Positions 11,998-23,004 of a DNA stretch of 64,000 nt are shown one piece after another (position 1 is the stretch's first letter; each line of letters begins with the position of its first letter). Origin of the DNA: a cyanobacterium endosymbiont of Rhopalodia gibba (GTDB lineage Bacteria; Cyanobacteriota; Cyanobacteriia; Cyanobacteriales; Microcystaceae); assembly GCA_045159875.1 (NCBI GenBank), contig CP067995.1:2994179-3058178 (forward strand), written 5' to 3'. The translations under genes were made by a program, and so were the position numbers. The notes under the pieces were generated by a model. The model was not told the DNA's origin. It saw nothing but the letters and a program-made list of their open reading frames with translations, and made no database searches.

Positions 11998-12582
11998 CTA
12001 ATAAAATAATAGTTGACGTAAAATGAAAGCCGTTACAGCGACGGCACAAGTAATTGCTAACTGACTAGGCAAGGGATTAGTGGAATAATTCATGATCAAC
12101 TCAGGCAAATTTTTAGGAGAGATTGTTGTAGGATTCAGAAAAGATAACCCGATTAGATACACTAAGCCACATAAATGAATCATCAATAATCCACAAAAAG
12201 CACTCCAGGCTAAACACTCCAATCTTCGCTTAGTCCGAAATGCCATCAAACCACATAGCCAAGCTCCTGGGATAAACCCCAACAGATAACCAAAACTAGG
12301 CTCTTGCCAGTAATTCAGGCTACCACCTTGAGCAAAGACAGGTAATCCAAATAAACCAAGAAAAATATAAGCAATCTGTGATATAATACCAGCATTTTTT
12401 CCTCCTACACACCCAGTTAACAACACGGCTCCTACTTGAAAGGTTACGCCCAGAGGTATGGATTCAACACCTTGTTGTTCCCAATTCCACGGCAAGCCCA
12501 ACATAAAGGCTTGCACAAATGTACTGAAAATCGTTAACAATAGACCAATTATTGCCCAGAGAAATTCATTGGTAGCAGACAC
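11998..12582 (-). CDS. bioY: Biotin transporter BioY
   Basis: TFQVGAVLLTG, YIFLGLFGLPVFAQGG and PSFGYLLGF; lies between bioB and lspA; GTG start. Confidence 0.93.
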   Translation of the reverse strand: MSATNEFLWAIIGLLLTIFSTFVQAFMLGLPWNWEQQGVESIPLGVTFQVGAVLLTGCVGGKNAGIISQIAYIFLGLFGLPVFAQGGSLNYWQEPSFGYLLGFIPGAWLCGLMAFRTKRRLECLAWSAFCGLLMIHLCGLVYLIGLSFLNPTTISPKNLPELIMNYSTNPLPSQLAITCAVAVTAFILRQLLFY

Positions 12583-13757
12583 CTTAAATCAGGGGTAGTT
12601 TTGAGGTAGCGAGGGGTTTTAATTTTTTGCGATTGTGTTTGATATTCACCAGGAATTGGAGCCTCACCCCCTTGTAGTCCTAAGGATTTAACCATAGCAA
12701 TATCTCGTTCTGGAAGCTGTCCAACGGTCGTGAGATAATGTCCAATTAGCATAGCATTAATTCCAGATTTTAATCCTAGACTTTGTAATTCGCCCATAGT
12801 TGTTTCTCGTCCTCCAGCATAACGCAAGATTTGTTGAGGTAGGATAAAGCGAAAGATAGAAATCGCTTTGAGCGCGTCCAAGGGCTTAAGTGGAGAACGT
12901 TCTCCTAGGGGAGTTCCTTCTCTGGGATTAAGCAGATTTATCGGAACAGATTCTACCTCTAATTCTTGCAAGGCTAAAGCAAGATCTATCCGATCTTCCC
13001 AGGTTTCTCCCATGCCCAAAATGCCTCCTGTACAAGCTTGAATACCTGCTTCTTTAATGTTTTTAACGGTTTTAATCCGATCACGCCAACTGTGGCTGGT
13101 AACGATTTCAGGATAAAAGTTTTCGGAGGCTTCTAGATTATGATTGTAGCGGGTAACTCCAGCCGCCTTCAAGGACCGGGCTTGCTCAGGAGTAATTTCT
13201 CCCAAAGCACAGCAAGGTTTAATATTTGTTTCGGTAACAATTAGTCGAACAGTTTCTAAAATTTGCTCAAATTCTTTGGAGTTTGCTCCTTGGTATTTAG
13301 AACCTCGCCCTTGACTCACTAAACAAAATCGCTTTGCCCCTGCTGTTGCTGCAGATTTAGCTTGGTTAAGAATTTCTTCGGAAGACTTTAACCCGTAAAT
13401 GGGGGAGTTTTTTCCCTGATGATGAATAGACTGGGAGCAAAAGCTACAATCTTCCGAACAGTTCCCCGATTTCACGTTAACAATGCTGCACAGATCCACT
13501 GTTGTCCCACAACAGGCCTGTTTAATATAGTCAGCCGCCTCGCATAGTAACAAAATATTCTCTTGTCCTTCAATTTCTGTGAGGGTTAAGGCTTCTGATC
13601 TAGTAATGCGAGTGCCCTCAATAATTCTCTGGGCTAATTGATTAAGCCAGTCCTTTAAAATTTGTTTCCCTTTATGAAGTAAGGAAATGCTTGGAGAAGA
13701 GGAGGATACAGATACTTGAACCACAATTGGTTTTCCCTGATGCTGTTTTAGAACCAT
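12549..13757 (-). CDS. bioB: Biotin synthase (radical SAM); real start may be GTG at 13724
   Basis: CSEDCSFCSQS, RYNHNLE, CTGGILGMGE, SVPINLL and RYAGGRE motifs. Confidence 0.97.
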   Translation of the reverse strand: MVLKQHQGKPIVVQVSVSSSSPSISLLHKGKQILKDWLNQLAQRIIEGTRITRSEALTLTEIEGQENILLLCEAADYIKQACCGTTVDLCSIVNVKSGNCSEDCSFCSQSIHHQGKNSPIYGLKSSEEILNQAKSAATAGAKRFCLVSQGRGSKYQGANSKEFEQILETVRLIVTETNIKPCCALGEITPEQARSLKAAGVTRYNHNLEASENFYPEIVTSHSWRDRIKTVKNIKEAGIQACTGGILGMGETWEDRIDLALALQELEVESVPINLLNPREGTPLGERSPLKPLDALKAISIFRFILPQQILRYAGGRETTMGELQSLGLKSGINAMLIGHYLTTVGQLPERDIAMVKSLGLQGGEAPIPGEYQTQSQKIKTPRYLKTTPDLRCLLPMNFSGQ

Positions 13758-13911
13758 ACGGATTGTATCATGAGGATACCCTATCTGTCTGAATCGACAT
13801 AGTCTTGGCTAAAAGTGTGTGTAAAAATCCAATTTCTTCGCTCTTGTAAATAGGTCAATTTAGTTATACTGTTGACAATGAAAAAACTATAAAGAACTGG
13901 AACAGTACATA

Positions 13912-14256
13912 ATGAGCAATCTTGCAAAACAAGAACTTGAAATTTATAGTGCTGATACTCCTTCTGTTGTTCTAGAAGAAGTAAAACAATTAAAAAAACA
14001 GATTCCTGATTGGCACATCATCGAAAAACAAGGACAGTTACAATTAGAAAAATCGTATGAATTTCCAGACTTTCGACAAGCAATTGCCTTTACTAAGTCC
14101 ATTGGAGATCTCGCCGAATCAGAAGGGCATCATCCAGTTTTATTGACAGAGTGGGGAAAAGTTACTGTGTCCTGGTGGACTCATGCGATTGCTGGACTTC
14201 ATAAGAACGATTATATTATGGCAGCCAAAACCGATGAGATCAGAAAAAACCTCTGA
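13912..14256 (+). CDS. phhB: Pterin-4-alpha-carbinolamine dehydratase
   Basis: AESEGHHP and WWTHAIAGLHKNDYIMAAKTD. Confidence 0.92.
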   Translation: MSNLAKQELEIYSADTPSVVLEEVKQLKKQIPDWHIIEKQGQLQLEKSYEFPDFRQAIAFTKSIGDLAESEGHHPVLLTEWGKVTVSWWTHAIAGLHKNDYIMAAKTDEIRKNL

Positions 14257-14300
14257 AATACCCTGTTGTTCAAGGAAAAGTGGCGTAGTCAATGAGCTTT

Positions 14301-15445
14301 TTATTCTTCAGTGTCATTGACAGGATTGATTTTATCAATCACTTCGGTAATTCCATCTTCCCTAATTGTCCAGACATCATCAATCCCGACTAGGTCCTCA
14401 TTTTCGTCGATATCAACGCTACCACTAGCTCCTTGATAATTAATGTCCTCTCCAGTGCAAACTAACTCCATTGCTTTACAAAGAGCGGTAATTTTTATTC
14501 CAGAAGCACTAGCCACCTCATAGATTTTACTTCGAATTTTTTCTTCTGTATTGGTATCTGCCGCTTCTGCTGTCAACATTAGAAAAATAGTAGCATCCCA
14601 ACTATGTGGTGTGAAGGCAGTACATTTATTATCTGTTGTGTCTTTCCACTTAGTGGTAAAAGCTTCTAAGGTTTCACTATCGGTTTCGGAAACTGTTCCT
14701 AAAGCTTCTGCTGAAATGGATATTCTATTAGCTGTTTGACTAACTTACTAAACAAAATTTTCTAAGTAAACCCCATCGAGCAATAGTATAGTTAACCCTT
14801 GTTTGTAAGCCGCCTGAGTGTCGAGGACAGCCGCTTTAGGATCGTAACGAATGCAAATGGGCTTGCGTTTATCTGTCATTTTCCCCCCTACTTTTCAAAC
14901 GCAAAGACAAATTTTCGTTCAAACCTAACTCCGTAGTCATTACTGTTTCAATAGTATTAAATCCTTTTTCATTGGCTAAAGCTGTTAAAACTCGAGCTTG
15001 ATAGGTGTCAAAAGGAACAGTTATAATCTAGAATTTCTGGAAATCATCGGGTTTCGTCTGTTCAGTAAAAACGCGACTGGTGCTACTTGAGGAGACTAAC
15101 ATTACATTATTTTTAACCGGAATAGTAACAGCTGTACTTGATACACTACTATTTTGCTATAGCTAATACGCTTGCGGTAGACTCAGTTTGAATGTCTTCG
15201 GTAATGAGAGTGACAGGCTTATCATTAACCCCATCACAAGCCTTAATTTCATCGATGGTTAATATGATAGCTTTGGGCATATTTTGAACAATTGAAGACA
15301 AATTACAAATTACAGGTAATGAAATCCCTAATTTTAGTCCATTAGAAACAGAGGAATTAATCCTTCGGTTGTATCTTTGAGTACAACTAACCGATAAGCT
15401 ACTGCTCAAGATAAGAGCTAGATTTAGGGAGATGGGAGATTTCAA
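14301..15445 (-). pseudogene. Amino-acid ABC transporter substrate-binding protein (LivJ/NatB-like) pseudogene
   Basis: Fragments: lipoprotein-like leader and LKLGISLP..GVNDKPVTLITEDIQT (15149..15445); NNVMLVSSSSTS; DTYQARVL; DINYQGASGSVDIDEN.D (14301..14579); many stops and frameshifts. Confidence 0.85.
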
Positions 15446-15608
15446 AAAATTTTTTTAAAAAAAAGATTATCATGCAGTTAACTCTCATACAAAGTGCTTC
15501 TCTGAGGGTTTGACTTCAAAAAGCAGATGAATCCTGAACAAGGTTTTGAAAGTTAACAATGAGTTGCTGCGTTTTAACGGTCAAAGTTACACAAGTTTAA
15601 AAACGGAA

Positions 15609-15695
15609 CGGAGAGGGAGGGATTCGAACCCTCGATGGGTTTTACCCCATAACTCCTTAGCAGGGAGCCGCTTTCAACCACTCAGCCACCTCTCC
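15609..15695 (-). tRNA. trnS: tRNA-Ser(GCT)
   Basis: GGAGAGGTGGCTGAGTGGTTGAAAGCGGCTCC-CTGCTAA-GGAGT, long variable arm, GGTTCGAATCC, acceptor end CCTCTCC-G; CCA not encoded. Confidence 0.97.
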
Positions 15696-16111
15696 AATGT
15701 ATGTCAGCTCATAGTAGCATATTTTATGTAACCAAAACTATTTTTTATCTCTAGATTTTCTTTTGTCTTGAACTTGAGGATTTTTTAAGCTTCCAGTGAG
15801 TTACACATTGACAAATTACGTCAGATATGGGTTCTCTGGAACAGGTAAAGTAATAGCTATTATAATAATATTTATTGAACTGACCTAAATTTGTTCAATT
15901 ATCTCTGGGTTTTCAACTAACTAGTGTTTTCTTTTTTAGACTGCTCCTAATCGATATATCAATACAATGAAACCTGATTCCTGATTGTCTTAATAAAATT
16001 CAAAACATATCGAGTAAACTATTAGAACCAAAATACTTAAATTAAGCAAAAACACTAAATGTAGAAGTTAATTGACGCTTAGTGGCTTATTTCTTCTTGA
16101 TAGTTTTGTTA

Positions 16112-16139
16112 AAAGAATCCTCTTATAAGAGGATTCTTT
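16112..16139. repeat. Perfect 28-bp palindrome with no spacer; could also terminate ftrC-DUF309
   Basis: AAAGAATCCTCTTA|TAAGAGGATTCTTT. Confidence 0.95.
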
Positions 16140-16192
16140 ATCCTATTAATTTTCTACTCTTTATTTTAGCAAGCACTTCATTACAGAGATTT

Positions 16193-16594
16193 TTATTGAT
16201 GATTCACTGTAAGGATATAGGGGAAACGTTGAGTGTCGTTCTCTGAAATATTCTCGAATTGTTTAGCCACTACTGCAATTTCGCTAGAATTAGTTTGTTG
16301 GAGATAATGTAATAGTTTTTGGCTTTCTCCTAGTAAACTAGATACATCAATTTCTTGATAGTCAGGTTGATAAGAACTGAGCTGTCGAATGCCTTCTCCT
16401 AATAAAATTACCGCCCCACGCCAATTATGGTTCCCAAAATGGTAGCAACCAACAGCAAGTTGTAAAATACCTTGATAAAACTGTCTATCTGGCTCTACAG
16501 AATCCATCCATAGAGCCTCTAAGGTATTATGACAACTATAGAATTCTCGATGGTTAAATTGATCAACTCCTTGCCAAAATTGCTTCCTTGACAT
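16193..16594 (-). CDS. DUF309 domain protein
   Basis: FN..EFYSCHNTLEALW and FYQGILQLAVGCYH..N.NWRGA..LLGEG. Confidence 0.88.
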   Translation of the reverse strand: MSRKQFWQGVDQFNHREFYSCHNTLEALWMDSVEPDRQFYQGILQLAVGCYHFGNHNWRGAVILLGEGIRQLSSYQPDYQEIDVSSLLGESQKLLHYLQQTNSSEIAVVAKQFENISENDTQRFPYILTVNHQ

Positions 16595-16602
16595 GGTTTT
16601 GC

Positions 16603-16971
16603 TTAAGAACCAATATTATCACGAACCTCTTTGATATATTCAATGTCAATATGTTGTTGATCTCCTACAAAATCGTTATCTGGAGTAATAAACAGCATAC
16701 AATGACATTCCTTGCGTTCGCGCATGGGAACACATGGACAGTTCCAAAAAGTATTTTTTACTTCAGCCTCTTTATCTTCATAATGACGACAAGGGCACAA
16801 AGGAGCACCTAATTCCTGTTTATGTCTTGCCAGTCCTTCAATAACCACTGCTGTTACCGATAGTTCACTACAGAAGTAAGTGTCAGTCTGTTTTGCATAT
16901 TGTTCAGCAAAGTTTTTCATTGCCTCTAAAGTTTTATCACTATATTTCGAGTCAGTATTGGCTGAAGTCAT
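16603..16971 (-). CDS. ftrC: Ferredoxin-thioredoxin reductase catalytic subunit
   Basis: LCPCRHY, WNCPCVPMRERKECHCMLF. Confidence 0.97.
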   Translation of the reverse strand: MTSANTDSKYSDKTLEAMKNFAEQYAKQTDTYFCSELSVTAVVIEGLARHKQELGAPLCPCRHYEDKEAEVKNTFWNCPCVPMRERKECHCMLFITPDNDFVGDQQHIDIEYIKEVRDNIGS

Positions 16972-18067
16972 GGAGTTTGTACAAAATTAATGGGGATTCT
17001 TCATTCAAATTAACACTTTTTACAGTCATTATATATAGTGAACATTTTTCCGACGTTTGAATAATCTCAATTGCTCAAAGTGTCTTTAGCTTGCTTGGTC
17101 ATGACTTATCTTGCCTTAATTATATAATTAAGGGAAATTCTTAGTTTTTTGTTTACTTTCGGAGATAAACCTAGTCGAGAGGATAATTTTTTGGTTTCTC
17201 TTAACCGCTCCTGTCCAATAATATTCGATTGGAAGACAGGAGTTGAGGGATGAAAACTAGGGAAACATTTTTGATACAACATCATAATTTTGCCTTAAAC
17301 CCTCACCAAGTTAATCTAATAGTAATAATATATGAGTTATATAAGTGTTAGTTTATAGCCCAATATTGTCTGCAATAATCCTAGCTAAATCCTTGAACTG
17401 CGGGCGGTGTTGAAATTATTATTTAGGTTTGTACAAGAAAAGTCGTTCAGAAGAAGGTTAAAGGACTGTTAATATATGCTATTCAAAAGTTTTGATCAAA
17501 TAAGGAATATCTTTAGTTAAGTTATGCTTATTTCTAATTCTTACAGGTAATTGTTTTGAATCGAGCAATTGCTCATTGTCACTTTGTTAAAAAAGAATAA
17601 AATTACCTTGCTTCAAGTCCAATAACGCAGAAAAATCAATTAACTATGATTGTTTAAAAGAGTTATACAAATAGTTATTATACCTAGAAAATTCAAGAGT
17701 AAATGCCATACTCCAGTCCTAAGTTAATGACAGGAGGTAAACATTATAGTTATCAGCAGAGAGAAAAGTAATTTTTTTTTCGAGGGCTTGATACACTGAC
17801 CTATCATAAACAATGACGATGGTCGCAGTTGGGTCTTTTTTTGAACAAAAATAGTATATTTGTTTTTATAATAAATGCTATAAGTCTGAGAACACAGTAG
17901 CAATGCTATTTTGATCTTTAAATAGAGCTCATCTGAATCACAAAATACTTTGGTAGGATCAAGATAAAATTTTATTTATATTTTGTAGGATTCAATAGTT
18001 ATTTATCTCCATAAGGTCTGCTTTCGTAGTCGAGATGATAAAAACAGTATTGAATGATGCGGTTTAA

Positions 18068-19024
18068 TTAAGTGTCAAACCTTTCATAAGCTTCCACAAT
18101 TTTTTGAACTAATGGATGTCGAACTACATCTCCCTGAAAAAATTGACAAAAAGCAATGCCTTTTACTGACGTTAGAATTTTTTTTGCTATCACTAATCCT
18201 GAATCTTGATGGCGAGGTAAATCGGTTTGAGTGATATCTCCAGTCACTACCATTTTTGAACCTAATCCTAAGCGTGTCAAGACCATTTTTAATTGAGCAG
18301 GAGTAGTATTTTGAGCTTCATCAACAATCACAAAAGCATTATTTAAAGTTCGTCCTCTCATATAAGCTAAAGGCGCAACTTCTATTTCTCCTCGTTCAAT
18401 TAAAGCAGGAATTCGTTGCGGGTCAATAAACTCATTTAATGCATCATAAAGAGGACGTAAAAAAGGGTCAATTTTTTGTTGCAAATCTCCTGGTAAAAAC
18501 CCTAGTTTCTCTCCTGCTTCCACTGCAGGACGAGTTAAAATTAAACGTTCACATTTATTATTTAATAATGCTTGTACAGCTAAAACAGCTGCTAAAAAAG
18601 TCTTTCCAGTTCCCGCCGGTCCAATACAAAAAGTAATATCATGAGTTTGAATTGCTTTAATATATTGTCGTTGACGAAATGTTTTTGCACAAATAATTTC
18701 TCCCCGTCGAGTCCTGGCCAAAACTGATTGTTGTAAGTTCTTATATTCTTCAGTTTGTCCTGTATCTATTGCTTGGAAAGCTGTCATTAAATCAGGACGA
18801 GAAATTGCTTTTGCTTCCTGCCAATAGGGTTGAAGTGATAGCACCACCTGTATTGCCCGTTTTACAGATTTTTCTTTCCCATAAATCTGTAACTCTTGAC
18901 CCCTTAAAATTAGATTAGCCCCAGTATAATTGGACAAAAATTTTAGGTTTTCATCCCCAATTCCCGCTAAAGCAATGGCACTTTCACTGGTTGGCAGTTG
19001 GACAGTTTCGGAGGTGTCAGTCAT
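18068..19024 (-). CDS. phoH: PhoH family protein
   Basis: GPAGTGKT, RPAVEAGEKLGFLPGD, AYMRGRTL, DEAQN, GDITQTD and VVRHPLV. Confidence 0.96.
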   Translation of the reverse strand: MTDTSETVQLPTSESAIALAGIGDENLKFLSNYTGANLILRGQELQIYGKEKSVKRAIQVVLSLQPYWQEAKAISRPDLMTAFQAIDTGQTEEYKNLQQSVLARTRRGEIICAKTFRQRQYIKAIQTHDITFCIGPAGTGKTFLAAVLAVQALLNNKCERLILTRPAVEAGEKLGFLPGDLQQKIDPFLRPLYDALNEFIDPQRIPALIERGEIEVAPLAYMRGRTLNNAFVIVDEAQNTTPAQLKMVLTRLGLGSKMVVTGDITQTDLPRHQDSGLVIAKKILTSVKGIAFCQFFQGDVVRHPLVQKIVEAYERFDT

Positions 19025-19282
19025 AAAATACTAAATATTATAATTAAGATGTAGAGCGCAACTTTTTCACTAATCTAAACATAGAGTCTAATAGGCTGTT
19101 GATAAAGAAAATTTTAAGATATTGGGTGTGTATTAAACTGTAACGCCTCAGAAAAATATTTTGGGACGTTACAGCAGAAAGACAAAAAAGAAAAATTGCC
19201 CAAAAAACTATAATACGTTTAACAAAGCCTACTTAATGTTTAGTTTGGAAAGAGTCTCTAAACTTTAGTAAATAAATTAAAC

Positions 19283-19309
19283 AAAAAAAGAGAGGAGATT
19301 AACCTCCTC
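19283..19309 (-). terminator. Probable intrinsic terminator of ndhH
   Basis: GAGGAG/CTCCTC stem followed on the minus strand by a T7 run, about 30 nt after the ndhH stop. Confidence 0.55.
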
Positions 19310-19336
19310 CAAAAATTAACTATCATTAGAAAACCA

Positions 19337-20521
19337 TTAACGGTCTACCGACCCCATAATAATATCGATACTGCCTAAAATGGCCATAATATCAGCTACC
19401 TTCATTCCTTTTAGAAGATGGGGGAGAATTTGCAGGTTATTAAAGTCAGCTGCACGAATTTTCCAGCGCCAAGGGAAAACATCATTATTGCCCACAATAA
19501 AAATGCCAACTTCCCCCTTACCACTTTCCAGGCGGACATAATGTTCTCCTTCAGGAATTTTAAAGGTGGGGGCAACTTTTTTGGCGATATATTGATAGTC
19601 AAAATCATTCCATTGGGACTTTTTCCCTTCCATCATTCGCTTTGCTTCGAGGTTTTCATAAGGACCTCCTGGTATGCCTTTTAGCGCTTGATAGATAATT
19701 TTGACCGACTCACGCATTTCCCGGATACGGACTAGATAACGGGCAAAACAGTCCCCTGCAGTTTCCCATTGAATGTCCCAGTCAAAATCGTCATAGCATT
19801 CGTAATGGTCAACTTTGCGTAGATCCCATTCAACCCCAGATCCTCTTAACATAGGACCTGATAGACCCCAATTAATGGCTTCATCACGGGTAATAGTACC
19901 GATTCCTTCGACACGGCGACGAAAAATAGGGTTGTTAGTGATTAATTTTTCATATTCATCAATTTTAGGCTCGAAAAACTTACAGAAATCTTCACATTTA
20001 TCAATCCAACCATAGGGAAGATCAACGGCAACACCCCCAATACGGAAGTAATTATTATTGATTAACCGCATCCCTGATGCTGCTTCCCAAAGATCGTAGA
20101 TCATCTCCCGTTCACGGAAAATGTAGAAAAATGGAGTTTGTGCGCCAACATCTGCTAAAAATGGTCCTAACCACAATAAATGGTTGGCGATACGGTTAAG
20201 TTCCAACATGATGACACGGATATATTGAGCGCGCTTAGGAACTTCAATATTTGCTAGTTTTTCAGGGGCATTAACGGTAATTGCCTCATTGAACATCCCT
20301 GCCGCGTAGTCCCACCGACTAACGTAGGGAACATACATAACATTAGTACGGTTTTCAGCTATTTTTTCCATTCCTCGATGGAGATAACCGATAACGGGTT
20401 CACAGTCTACCACATCTTCTCCATCTAGGGTTACGATCAGACGTAATACTCCGTGCATTGAGGGATGGTGGGGACCCATGTTGAGTACCATGGGTTCGGT
20501 TCTAGTTTCTATTTTTGACAT
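19337..20521 (-). CDS. ndhH: NAD(P)H-quinone oxidoreductase (NDH-1) subunit H
   Basis: [26 protein letters not shown] and C-terminal DIIMGSVDR; 394 aa. Confidence 0.99.
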   Translation of the reverse strand: MSKIETRTEPMVLNMGPHHPSMHGVLRLIVTLDGEDVVDCEPVIGYLHRGMEKIAENRTNVMYVPYVSRWDYAAGMFNEAITVNAPEKLANIEVPKRAQYIRVIMLELNRIANHLLWLGPFLADVGAQTPFFYIFREREMIYDLWEAASGMRLINNNYFRIGGVAVDLPYGWIDKCEDFCKFFEPKIDEYEKLITNNPIFRRRVEGIGTITRDEAINWGLSGPMLRGSGVEWDLRKVDHYECYDDFDWDIQWETAGDCFARYLVRIREMRESVKIIYQALKGIPGGPYENLEAKRMMEGKKSQWNDFDYQYIAKKVAPTFKIPEGEHYVRLESGKGEVGIFIVGNNDVFPWRWKIRAADFNNLQILPHLLKGMKVADIMAILGSIDIIMGSVDR

Positions 20522-23004
20522 AGGGCTGGCTGTTAGTCTTTTTCCTCCAATTGTATTATTATGACACCGCTATCGCGTATAAATCTGATGAATGGGTGAT
20601 TGCTAATGTTCATGCGAAAAGTTCAGGGTTGACCCTTCTTTATTTTCTCTACCATGAATAGCTGAAGTTATGTGATTGTGTCGTCCACACAAAAAGCAAG
20701 TGCTAAAGGTAACTTTCCTACAGCAGATGTTAAAGTAACTATTCAAATAGTATTCATTCAATCTAGAATACTTTTAACATTAAAATCTTTAAAAGTATAT
20801 TTATTAGATAAACCTATCATTTTACTAAAGCCAAAAATACATTTACTACTATAAATAGTAAAAAGAAATTTCAATGAGAAGAATATTAAAATTGTGACAA
20901 CAACGGTAGATAAAATGCTTTTCACTCAAGGGAATCATGCAATGGCTATTTGACCTTCAATATATTAAGTAAAATATCCATTAGATGACTGCACCTGTTA
21001 ACGAATGTTTAATTAGATATAGGTTATTTACTACACTCCACAAATTTAGCAAATATCATAATTAGGCGAAAACCGTATTGACTGTTAAATACATTTATTG
21101 CGGTGGGAAATGAATTCCTCAATATCGAGAGTTATTCCAGATTATATCAGAAAAGCTTTCTCAAATTTTCTGATATAGATTTTACTGTCTTTTAGCACTA
21201 AATTACTTAATTGTAAATCTATATAAACTAGACCTAATATATCTAAAACTAGCAAGAAAAAAAGTAGTTTTTAACACAGTAAAAATACAATTAATAAAAA
21301 ATTTTGATAATCTAACAGCAGTTTTGAATTGGGTAACTTATGGCAACAAAACTAGGTAAATTAGTTAACGGAGTAAGTATCCCTTTTCCTGGTAAGGTTG
21401 AATTGCTAACAAAAAAAACAAAAAGTTTAAGCAAAGGTTATTTTTACTTAAAAATAATAAAGGAGGACGGAAATTATAATAATAATTACAGCAAAAAAAA
21501 TAACTGCTAGTTTTGCCTTAATAGAGATGTTTTAAATTACTTAAAATACAGTATTTAGCATTGTTTAGGCTAAATACTGCTCATGCTATTGACAACCCGA
21601 CTTCAGGGGATCATCTTTCTGTTTTTACTTCTGGTAAGTCATCAACTATGTTTTTAATGAGGACAGTAATATTTATTTTTATTTCTTCAGAGACAGGTCT
21701 AATAGTTTTCGTTTAAATATCTACTGATAGACAATTTAATTTAGAAAATATTTACCTTAAAAAAATTTAATAATGTCATAAATACCCTATACAGTGATTT
21801 AAATTTTTCCAATTAAAAATTGTTAGAGCTTTTTTAAAAAAAACATTATACATTCCCTGGATTAGTATTTTTTTATAGGAAATAAAATTATACAGTAATT
21901 TAATTTTTTAAAAATTAGCCCGATAAAAAATAAATTTTTATCTCTTTTATTTTACTAGGGTAATATCGTGTACATCTGAAAAAGAACTAATTACAGATAG
22001 AAGTATTAAATATAGATTAATAGATTTTTTTAAATATTTAATCTAAGTGACTATAATCAAAATTATATTGCCTGATTTTATGCTTAATTATAGTAATAGT
22101 TTAAAAAAAAACAGAAAAAAAGCTTGAATTGAATAATATTATTTTACAGTTTTAAGCTAAGATAAATATTCTTTATCATTTAATTTTATAGTTATAAACT
22201 TTATTTTTTGAATCATCTTTTTTAATATTATTTAATATTTTTTTATCAATAAAAATTAATAATCTAAAAAAATACCTCCATTGGCTACCGACTAAATAAA
22301 GTCTTTGTAGAGGCTATTTTTCAAAAAATAAATATGAATAATTTAGCACAAAAACGTATAGAAAGTTTACAAGTAATAAAAAGATTAGACTAAAAGTGTT
22401 TATCCTAAAAGTACATTGTAAACGACAATAATCTATTCTTCTGAAATGACATAAAAATAAAATAAAATATCATAAGGAGTTTTATTTAAAAATACTTTAT
22501 ACTTAAACTGTTGAAGTCTATTATTCACAAAACTAATCAAGGCGATGAGGAGATTACAGATGAAAACTGTTGGGATAATGTGTTACAACTTAACTTAGAA
22601 AGTTCATCTAGTTTGTTTTTTAGAACTTCAACTCATGCTGCTTCTCGGACGGTAATTTTAACTGTTATGAATTTACTAAATACTAAAGCTCTGTATAATC
22701 TGTCAACCATGAATTTTATGGAGAAATTATATCGAGAATATAGCTCATATAAACTGATACTTAAAATATTGTCAAGTTAAGTAAGCAATTTATTTGAGTA
22801 ATTTTTTTGCTAGAATTGTAACTTTTTTATTTAAGTTTTTATATAGAATATTATTATTACTCAATAAGAAGTATATGTCGTTTGTGCTCGATAATTTCCA
22901 GACTCATTGTACATTTTCAATGTATTTCTATTTTTTATGACCTAAAAATTTTCTTGATATCTTTCTATCTATTTTACCTGTTCCTTTTTATTTTTCTAAA
23001 ATAT

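Noticed and set aside
13764..13780. NtcA-like site upstream of bioB
   Set aside because: Spacing is GTA-N9-TAC rather than the canonical N8
15609..15695. tRNA genes as integration sites of an island
   Set aside because: No integrase and no duplicated tRNA 3' end was seen near either tRNA
22511..22780. 89-aa ORF with faint short-chain dehydrogenase-like phrases (WDNVLQLNL, HAASR)
   Set aside because: No Rossmann or YxxxK motif and a TTG start; at most an unassignable pseudogene fragment
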